Assembly (NCBI GenBank): GCA_000934665.2
Contig: KZ538064.1
Coordinates: forward strand, 1 to 64,000
DNA length: 64,000 bases
Source of the DNA: Catajapyx aquilonaris
Lineage: Eukaryota
Direction: 5' to 3'
The notes below the pieces were generated by a model that did not search any database, was not told the origin of the DNA, and saw only the letters and a list, made by a program, of their open reading frames with translations. This document shows, one piece after another, positions 53,723 through 64,000 of this stretch. A program made the position numbers and the translations under genes. Within the stretch, counting starts at the first letter, position 1; each line of letters opens with the position of its first letter.

Positions 53723-55507
53723 AGAAAAAAAATACCAGTAGTATTAGTTGCCGCTTTCCTCATTGCGGCATACAATTTTCACGTCCAAATATTTCAAGTA
53801 TGTAGCTGCATATGAGCCCAGTAATTTGTGCAAATGGTTGCAATTTTGCTTATCTAATGCAAGGCAGAATGCCTGTTTGTTGCGGTGTAGTGGGGAAGTA
53901 GCAGTAGATAAGTACTGTAGACAGGGCCAAGTCTCTCCAAAACTGGGTTATGGCCCCATGCTGTTAAGGACCCCCAGTTTCTCTCCGCAAAAACAAAAGG
54001 CGCGGAGATGAAAACGTTCCGGAGGAGAGAACCATCCATCCACAGCCTCCATTTTTCTGTTAGTGCCAAGCACGCAGGATCATTTTCAGAAATAAGAACC
54101 ATGGGTTGGAAATAAAGGGAATGAAAAATGTGTGTGTGAGAGAGAGAGCACTTGCTGTTTGGCATCCACCATTTTAGTCCCCCAGATTATGAACTTTTAG
54201 TGCAAGTTGCAAGCGACCCTGGCATGGGTCCCTGGAGAGAGAAACCGCCCTTCCCCCTTTCCACAAAACTCAACTTCATGTCACTTGCACTATCACAGCT
54301 CCTGCTCGCCTAATGGCCTTCAATTACATGTACTAACTTGGTCCTTCCGCAACTCCAGGGGAGGACTCGCGGATTTTTTTTCTTCCATTTTTTTTTCACC
54401 CTGCCATATCGGACCACCGCTTGAGACCAAATGGAGCTTGAAAATGCATCTGTCGCGAAAGGTTTTTTTTCACTTTAAGAAGAAAAAAAAGTTGGGAGAG
54501 TAAAATGTAGGTGGGGGCTGCTCAACTGCCAAAAAGTAGTCTGAAAATTTTCGAAATTTATGGCTTTCACTTACTCCGCACTGGTGGTTGTCGAAGATTT
54601 TTCTACCGGCAGTGGACTCCAGAAGCAAAGGCTTTCAATGGTCTCGGCTACGTACGAAATCTTTTTTACAAAATTATCTTACAGTTCCTCATATACATTC
54701 TAGACATACTAGCTTGGTACAGTTCTCTCAGTAAATATATTCCAACCCGGCCTTGCCGTGTTACGATTTCGCCATAATTATTATTATTGCCATTCATTAC
54801 TGCGCATTGCTGACTCGCTGGACAGTCAGCAGCAGACGAGCGAGGAGACTGCACGAGCTGTGACTCGATTACCAGGGGCCATTATCGCAATTCACAAGCC
54901 CGTGTCGGGTCTCAGGGGGTCATATCCCCAAAAGATGAGTGCAAAGAGCAAGGCCGCAGTGCAAGTTACATCCTAATTGTGCGTACATGGCTGGAGAACT
55001 TGCTCCGCTGAGAAAATTAAGGCCGCTTTGCCGGAAAATGACGGCCATTTTCATTCGAGGCAAAAGAAATTACTGAACGTTGCAGTAGGAAACGAAGAAG
55101 TACAATTCTAGGGAAGAGGAAGAACAATATTATTTTACTGAAATTATTTGAGCAAGTAGTATGACTCGATACTTTAAAAAATATATAATACATAATCGCC
55201 AACACTAATATATTGATGACATTAGTGACCTTCTTAGGACCTACCAGCATGTCAGGACTGGTGTAGATTGTTTATTTACAAGACTACCTTACTATTCGGA
55301 CGTTGCAAACAGATCGAAAGCCTTCTATGAATCCTGCATGATGCGGAAGTGAGTTGATTTTCTGCGGAATACATTCCCAAGTTCAAAGGTTGCAGTGCAT
55401 CCCAAGGAATGCCGTACGGTAGGCTATAAAGCAAACCTACCAATTTATATACCATCTTAAGGAAGAAAAAAACGGATTTTGGGTTCTGCACATAACAGCC
55501 AAAAGAA

Positions 55508-55530
55508 ATATATATATATATATATATATA
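55508..55530. repeat. (AT)n microsatellite
   Basis: About 11 units, at the edge of an AT-rich block. Confidence 0.9.
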
Positions 55531-58500
55531 ATGTTACAGACATGTCTGGATAGTTCATTTCATGCTCTACCTGAATCTGTGTTTTACTTTCCATAATACT
55601 GATTACCGCACAATTTGAATTTTGCTATCATGTTGCATCACGACCCTTTTGTGACACCCTCAACCCAATTTGTGACATCCATTTTTTCTTTCTGAATTTT
55701 TTTATTTTTATTTTTATTGTCAAAACCAGTTTTTCCGGTATGAGGGGGGTTCTGGATTTTGTCCGAGTCTGGCTCACTCTATCACTGATGATTTTATGCC
55801 AGTTTCTGAAGAGTATGTACATTGCACTCCCTATAATCCGTGCATCGGCAAAAGGTTCCGCTATAGAAATAAAAGTCCAAAATATGTCAATATGTCTCGA
55901 AAACGCATGAGGTACCAAATCCTGACAGCCTAACATCTTATTTATGACAGACGGTGTCATAAATATACATTGGATCCGATCATCGTAAGTGACTGAAAAG
56001 GCTATTCATCGAATGTTCCTTTCAGATCCTTTTCATAATCATAACACTATTACAATAGGATTGTAAATGTAGCAATTCGAATGTAAATAAACACCATTTC
56101 TAATTGTGTCATCAATTGGCAAATGACACATTACAGTACCCAATCTCTGACATCCACACTAACTCTTTAAAATGCATCGGTACGATGAGAACAAACATTC
56201 ACAAGTAGAGGAAAAGGTAGGAAAAGGATATCTTCAATTACTAATAATTGTAACCTTGAAACTGTTTCCCCATTTTTAAATAAACTAAAAAAAAATGTCG
56301 AAACGAAACTCTTGGTACTTTTCACCCCATATTACACTGTGGCTGTGCAGCCCTTGACACTAATTTATTTCTTGAGAACCAACTCACCACTGACCTTCAC
56401 CTCACTACAGGTTGTTAAATAAAGATAGGAAGTGCTATACATGTTTTGAATTCTTGTTGTTTAACTTCTACCATAGGCGGTCATAAATTGGGCGAGAAAA
56501 ACGGGAGGGGGGAGGCACAAATGGGCGGATTTACCTTACATATCGTGCTTCATTTTTAATGTGACTTTCCAAAATAAGAAATATTTCAAGTGCCTTATTA
56601 AAACCTATAGTACTGTACACACATAAAGGAATACAGTGTATCCTTTCATGCACTATAAAGTTGCTCACAATTTTCTTATATTTCTTTTGCTAACTCTATA
56701 TAGATGGAATTTTTGACAAGGTGGAGCTAGGAGATGGGAACGAAGAATTATTTAACAAAGCAGCACTTTGCTTTTACTCTCCAGTTTAACAATTCGCATG
56801 AAATAACGCTTACTGCAGTACGAATATAAAAAGTTCTCCTGATATTAGTGCAATTAGTTACAATAAGTTATGAAAGACTTTCCACTTATTTCACTCTCTT
56901 CGTGTAATACAACTGTACAGAAAGATAACTTTTTATTCAACGAGCCGTACCCTTTGGAGATTTGAGGATTATTTTAATGTAAAGGTGATGTTTCCAATTA
57001 GTATTAATTTAAAAATTCATTTCCTAAGGAAATACAAAAATTTCTTGCATCCTATAAGTTAGTAAGAGTACTCTAGAACCTAAGACCTTCCACATATACT
57101 GTATAAGGGTAAGGCTCAAGTTTACCCTCTAAGAGAAGCTGCCGCATTGTTCGCTCCAGAAACCACGTGAAAAAGTAGCATCAGTCACGGCAAATGAATG
57201 AACCTGTTCGTTCCCACATGCGTCTTCTCTTCAAACTAAACGCGCTGTGGGCTTGAACAGAGCACTAACCTAGTACAAATTGGCACAACTTTTCCTTTGT
57301 CAATCCCGATATTCCTCTATCAACCAAAAAATTCGACTATAAAAATATGAAACGAGGTCGAAGGCGCAGATCGTCACATAAAGAGACGCCTATACAGTGC
57401 AATAAAGGTGCTTTTCTCCCTCCTCCACTTCAGGAATTCGAGCGTCAGGCTGCAAACTGATATCTCCCAAGTAGCACAATTACGCCTACAAACTAGCGGA
57501 GTTTAAGTCGAACTCCCCGCCATCAGGTGGACTCAGACCTGACGTGTGTGGTTGCCACTGCCAACAAACGTCCCGGGATATTGGAACTTGCCTCTAACAC
57601 CCCCTCCTCCTCCTCCCCCTGTCCCAACCCTTCACCAATTCCCAAACCTCCTTTCCACCCACCCACAGATCGAACTTCCAGAGAGACTCTCCCAAGGCAA
57701 ACTGAGAGGGCTTTCAAGCACCTTCACAACTGATTATTTCTCGCAAGGGAAACGATGCTTGCTTCATGCCGAGTCCTCCTCGGGTGGACCTATATGCTTG
57801 CTGTATTCTTCGATAGACTCTCAGGTATACCTTTTTTTTCTGGAGAGCCAGCAGAAAAGCAGGGCTCACAAAACGGTTGTTTATTGAGAAGGCAAAATGT
57901 TGGGGAGGGGAATCGATATGCCTTGGTTGAGAAAGTGTGTTTTGTTTGCCATTTAATATTTAATGGCAGGTTGAAGGAGGCCGTTATCAAGAGCAAACGT
58001 CAGTATACGTACTTCCATGCGTAGTACGTTGTGTAACATGCAGGCCGCCTTCGAAAAAAGTCGTATTAAAAATTAATCTCGAACCGCTCTCGGCAACAGC
58101 TATAGCGCCTTGTCAGGTATAGTGTAGCATATGCATACATATAGCCATGTATAGTATAAAACGATGTGCGTAAATATAAAATTAAAATCGATCAATCCGC
58201 TCTAAGTAACTTTAAATAACATGACTACTAAACACGAAGACATGTCATGAAACTAATATAATCACCCGCTTCATAATCAAAATTAACATTCAGCTCGTAT
58301 CATTAACAGAAATCGCACTGCCAGTATTTATTTATCGCACGAGTGGATTCAACCCAGGTAGCTCAAAGTAACTATTGACGCTGCCCTTCACATACAGTAC
58401 ACTACCTCACTCTACGCCTGCCATAATATGTCGCAATTTTCAATTAGCGGCTTTTGCAAGCCTCCAAAACAAAAACGCGGATCATTACATTTGAAAACAT

Positions 58501-60286
58501 CCAGTCAATTCATCTGACAAGCGTCAACTGATGTGTACGTACCATGAAATGCATGATATTTCGTAATGATTTAAACTTAGGTATATGTTTATGTTGAATG
58601 TTGTTACTGATATATTGCGCTGGTACCTATAGGAGTTTGTCCGTATCATTACTCATATCGCCTCAAAATACGCCAAAAGCTGGTATATAGCCTGACAACC
58701 CCAGGTCCAAAGCCTGCCCTTTAATAATAAAAAACGTCCCACGCTTTCCCCCCAATTCATTAATTGTGGCCAGTGGGTCGGATTAAATTCGCACGGTTCG
58801 CACGTGTTCGCCGCGGCTGCGAAAGGTGTCAAAAGCGGGATCTCATTGTAAGTCCTTGGGACACCGTACCCCGCGTAATTCATGCCTTTCCCCCCTCCCT
58901 CGGATCATAATTTCGCAAATAAAAAAAAAGCCGCTCTTCAGTGTTCCGATCGCGTGCTCTGGGTGTCTCCTAGTACGAAATTTCATCGTGGGCGTGGCAT
59001 ATACACTTGATGTGCTAAAAAATTCGTGCCAGCAACACAGCACAACAGCTCATGAAGCCCAAATTAATAATTCCCAGCACACAGAGGCCGTTGCGGATAT
59101 CAGCAAAACCCACTCCCATGGTTTTTCACGGGGTGGGTCATATTTCAAATCTGATGAACTCCCAAGTCCACTTGTGTATAGCAGGACCATATATTCGGGT
59201 TGCAGCTGCGAGGCCAACATGAGTTTGTTTCCAGTTTCTTCCACCGTACAACACCCCGCTCTCCTACACATCTATTTTATTTTTCTATACGACTCTCTCG
59301 CACTGTTCCAAGCCTTTTCCACTAACTTTCACCCCCTCCCACTACTAAAGTTTGGGAGCGAATTTACAGAAAAGGGGCTGCAGAGCTGGGAGTAAAATGT
59401 AATAGCACTTGGTGGATTTACTTTTGAGCTGAGGCGCCGGAGAAAATGTTCCGCTTGAGATTAAGAAGTAAAAAGAGGTGGGGGAAGGGACGGGGGGTTT
59501 TCTCCTCCAGATTCGGAGTCTGAAAGCCTCTTTTCAGTCGCGTTCACGTCATTTCAAGGGAGAGGGACGTGCAAAACTCAAAACTGCATTTCCTTCTTCT
59601 CGAAATGGACCGCGGTTGCCAGTAAATCCTAGTCATCCATTATGAATCGCCCCGTACCCCCGCGCGGATGCATTTTTTGGCGTCGAAGCATTTTTCCCAG
59701 GGCGCGATATTTTTCCAAGATCTTGCCGATTGATTTGGTGAGGCATCGTTATTACTGGTCCACTTTCGAGCTTCCGCGGAGAGAAACATGGCAAAAAGCA
59801 ACCTTTAACATGCGTGACACATTTATATAACACAGAAGCACGTCACAACCTGAACAATCGCCAAAATCCCCATAAATTTACGTCCGCCGTCGCCGAGACA
59901 TAATGCGCGTAATCGGTAACAATTAGGGCCCATAAAGGCACATATTTCCATTACTGACTCGACGCGATTACTCAGTATTACAGTGCATAAGGCACAATCG
60001 TCCTAATGACCAGAGTAATGCTCCCCAAGAATGAATTCGGGCCCTCCTTTACCAGCAGCCGACATTTGTCACATTGAATTGACTACATAGAGCCGGCCTG
60101 AATTCTCTTGGTGACAATCGATCCAAATGGCCACCTTCCTCACCTCCCCCTTCCTCTCCCCTTTCTGCCAACCCACCCACCCCCCCCCCCCCAATCCAAT
60201 CTCCTTGGTTGTGACTGAAAGCTCCTTAAACCCATTTCGCCTTTAACCATTTGGCCAAGCCTTCCCGAGACCCCACTCCTATTTTT

Positions 60287-60306
60287 TTCCTTCCTTCCTT
60301 CCTTCC
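60287..60306. repeat. (TTCC)5 microsatellite
   Basis: Tandem TTCC within a pyrimidine-rich tract. Confidence 0.85.
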
Positions 60307-61335
60307 TATTCCTTTTTTTTTCCTTCGCTGTCTCTTTCGGGTTCCATGTCTTCTCGCACGAATCTCATTACCTGAGATAATGCTTCTTAATACTAACCCT
60401 CCATTGCTTCATCCTGCCCTTTAACGCGGTTGCAGATGTCACAGAGCCTCTCCATTTCCATATAGTCTTAATGTATCCAAGGTGGTATTGATACTAATGT
60501 GACTGGCAATGAGAAACGGGCCTCCAGTAATGAGCCTCTTATGACAATTAACCCGCGCAAGGATATGACGTCAAGCAAAAGCCACGCCCATCGCATCAAC
60601 TGATGTTTACACCACCCACCCACCCACCATCAAAACCGATGGATTATTCACACTGGTTGAATTCATTTTCCAGACTGCTCTATATGAGCTTGCCTTCGCA
60701 CCCAACCTCTCTCTCTCTCTCGCTCTCTCTCATTTTTTTTTTTTTGGAAAGCGAGTGAAGGCTTGGGTAAAGCGCTTTTTAAAATTCACGCTTCGGAACA
60801 TTCATCACCCTCAGCTGAAATAACGTTTAGAGTTGCGGCTGGGCTTCCTCGTCGCGACAGTTGCCCCCCCAACTCCCAACTTTTCACTTCCCCCCCCCCT
60901 CTCCGACCACTCCGAACGCTGCTAAGCTCATCGTTAGAACCATGCCAGTGTCAATTCCCACCCAACAACCCTCATCCACCAAAAAATAAAAGACCAGAGA
61001 GGTTATATTATTTTGAAGCAAAACCTTGGGAAATTTTGCAGCGCCACACTTACATTTCCGAATGTTCTTTTTGCAGCCACACTTGACAACTAGATGAGCT
61101 ACTACTGAAGAGGCTAATTTTTCTTTAACGTTAAATACCAGAGGAGGCCACAAGTTTGTGTCCAGCACTGAAGGGATCGGTACCAGGTACCTGCCGAGCT
61201 TGGCTTTGGCTGGCTTGTCTGGCTTGCGGGGCCTTTTCATAAACACTTACCACCATCTGTGCTCCGGAGCCAGACATCCATAGAATAGCGATTTGAATAT
61301 GATTTGAAATTTATATGAAGTGGGAGGAAGGACTA

Positions 61336-61354
61336 GCTGCTGCTGCTGCTGCTG
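61336..61354. repeat. (GCT)6 microsatellite
   Basis: GCTGCTGCTGCTGCTGCTG. Confidence 0.85.
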
Positions 61355-64000
61355 TGCCACCATCTTGGGACACGTCCGTTACTAATTAGCTATGCAAATG
61401 GCAGGCCCGGATAGTCGAGGGCGGGTTGCTTGTGGGAAACATGCTTTCAGACCTAAACTTAAGGCGACTGGCTGCTGCCTGGATGGGGTTGTACCAACTG
61501 GGGAAACTCCCAAAACAGAAAACAAAGTTCGCGTCAAGGCACCAAGCCTAACACGCCCAAAGTCAACACCTCCCCCCCCAAAAAAAAATTTAGGCAAAAA
61601 AAAAATGAACAGCATTATTATGAACGGTGCTTAAAGTCAACTGCTCATAACCACAACAAATAGTCTCATTTCACGAGTCGAAAATCAGAGCTGAATATGG
61701 CAAAGTAGCGTCAAATCCACTTTTCTGGCGCCGACGCGTTGACAGGGTTTTTTTTTCTGTGGAAGCAAATTGGGACTCGTGCTCGCAGGAAAAAAATAAT
61801 AATTGTGCTCTACGCATTTCCAAGTCAGATGTGTCCGAATCCCGGAACAAAAATGAGGGGAAAAAACAAGAAGAACTGGGGAAAAAAAAGAGAGAGAGAG
61901 GAAAAGTGATAATATATATACAGTGTGGATTGCTCGGGACAGACTCGTCATTTAACTGAGGCTCTTCCAGACGAAATGTGGCTGTTTCCTAAGAGAAAAC
62001 ACTACTTGGAAACTACCCGACGTGGGTACTAAACCCCTTACTCTGTGAGGCTGTTTTCCCGTGAGATTTTGCTCATTGCGCGGAAATTGCGGACTTATAG
62101 GGGTACTTCAAATGCCATTGCCAGCAAGCATGCCACTGTTGTTGGCCTCGATTTTGACTTTAAATACATGTATGAACCATTTTCGCCTAATTAACAAGGT
62201 TAACTGGCCTATTGTGATTATTTAGTAAGCTACATTAAAACCTAAGTCACATTTTGGTCTAAATTGAGTTAGATATTGTTTAATATAATCCTAGATGCAT
62301 ACTTCCTGATGGTCAAATCAGATTTATGCTCAAGAAAAACAGTTCTCTCTTTAAAAATCAATTGTACCATAATTATATAAGGGACAGTAATCTCCAAACT
62401 TCAAACCCACATATCACAAAATCAATCAAATATGATTTTGGCCATTTTTCACATTTTTATGGCTTTTATACTTTTTGGTGCTCGTAAAAATTGATCTACT
62501 ACATAAGAGAACAAATTGCGATTACACATGGAACTAATGATCGATTCAGACCAAAAGGTGGAGATAACGTGGTTTCCGACAATGCGTAACCCGCACTCTC
62601 GCATAAAAAGGGGGGGAACAATCGGATGATGAATATTAAACGCGTTAAGCTCGCACGAACGACTGCAGAGTGCATTAAACACGCTAAATACACTTCTCAA
62701 GCACCGTAATTGGTTGCCACTCTATGTGTCACGAACCATGAGACTAATTTACGTGCAACGCGGCCTACAGAAAAATCCATCTAGTGTAACAAATGTACCT
62801 TCAGTGACGTCAGGTACCGAGAGAGAGAGAGAGAGGTGGGGGCTGGGGGAGTAGTTTCCTGATAAATGACTTTCGACATTAACCGTGTGGTTCTCCCATA
62901 ATTGAACTGATCGATGTCAGCAAACCGGTTCAGGGGAGAGGAGTTAACAAAATGCACACCGTTGGCTTGCCAACATGTGTTGGGCGCGGAATAAACATTA
63001 GAGCAGAGGGGGGGATAATGCGGGGGTGACTCTAAAGGCTGGCGTCAGGATGGGCATCCAAATGTGAAGCATAACAATTACCCCGCCAGATTAATATGGA
63101 TGAATATTAATATGTGAGCAGTGTCGTTCCCCACCATTTATGGATTCTAACCCGGCCTAACTAATAGTTACGATCAAACATTTTCAAGGGGGGTCCGAAT
63201 TTTCAACTGGCACCTTTTCTTAGGGGAAGGGTCCATTGGTCCATCTTCTCTTTAGTGCGCAATTATTTGGCGGATTTACTCCGGCTTCACGCCCGTTTTG
63301 CAGCTATAGGGAGGAGAGGGAGGGAGGATGCACAAAGGGCCAGGGGTAGGAAATTTCAGCAGTATTTCACAGCTTCAAAGTGGACACGGGAACATTTAGG
63401 GGGAGGGAAAGGACCACTTCTGTGGGATACTACCAATTAAAGGAGCAGTGGTCTACAGTGCGCGCCAGATATGAGGAAAATGCATAGGACACATTGCAGC
63501 GACCGGAAGATATGCCACTCAAAAAGTGTTATTAAAACTCTGAAGGACATTAGACAGTCCCCCAAGAACAACTGGCAGTACACGAACTTAATTATCAACA
63601 GAAAGGAACCAGAAATCGCCCATAAATTATCCGCAAGTTTCTCTCCAGCAGCAAGCGGGATCACATTAGCCCTTCCCGACCTGTAACAGGAAGGGGAAGG
63701 GTTTCAAAAAGATTTCGGCGCCTCATTCATAGTCATTGGAATTTACTCCCGCAGAAAACATGCTCTGGGCAACAATTAACCGTGCCAGGGTATAAAAACA
63801 AAGGAGGGCAGCTCAATAAAGGAAGGCGAGCTCAGACAATAAGCGAGAATCGAAGGCAGGTCTCTTCAAGGGAGGTGAGGTGAGGCTTTCTCTCTCTCTC
63901 TGCCTTAGTTGCGCATACATTACTTACGATCTTCTGGTAAAGTTATGGGGAACAGGCAATTAGTGCTTCCCTTTCCCATACCCTCCCTCCCTCCCTCTCT

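Noticed and set aside
55939..55965. 11-bp stem hairpin TATTTATGACA-GACGG-TGTCATAAATA as a possible Helitron end
   Set aside because: The stem is AT-rich and no CTRR terminus follows.
58826..59395. 189-aa ORF
   Set aside because: Non-ATG start, no recognisable motif or splice context, and a length compatible with chance.
3743..61438. Scattered Su(H)/CSL sites (YGTGRGAA)
   Set aside because: I noticed about nine, close to chance expectation for 64 kb on two strands, and saw no paired-site arrangement.
1..64000. CRISPR array, prokaryotic operon or defence system, and conserved miRNAs (mir-10, iab-4, let-7, mir-9, mir-124 and others)
   Set aside because: There are no regularly spaced repeats and no gene-dense structure. 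An eye scan found no full mature-miRNA match, but it was not exhaustive.

Overview
This looks like eukaryotic, animal-like non-coding DNA. It shows no operon structure, many poly-G/C, GA and AT microsatellites, abundant CpG, and a 132-nt assembly gap. I recognise no intact protein-coding gene, rRNA, intact tRNA or CRISPR array, and the supplied ORFs are short, overlapping and mostly low-complexity. The best-supported content is transposon-derived. (1) A near-perfect 339-bp fold-back MITE at 6550-6888 has a 7-bp target-site duplication (TSD). (2) Several tiny CAGGGTG...CACCCTG Tc1/mariner-type MITEs of 46-189 bp occur, most flanked by TA. (3) A heavily decayed Mutator (MULE/MuDR-type) transposase fossil at about 237-1395 is missed by the ORF track, but its motifs are in order and mostly in one frame. 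(4) There is an internally deleted tRNA-Ala relic, two perfect short palindromes, and one candidate 195-nt exon. The rest resembles a gene desert or large intron rich in TAAT/TAATTA motifs. I cannot support a novel multi-gene system here. All family assignments are pattern recognition from memory and need database confirmation.
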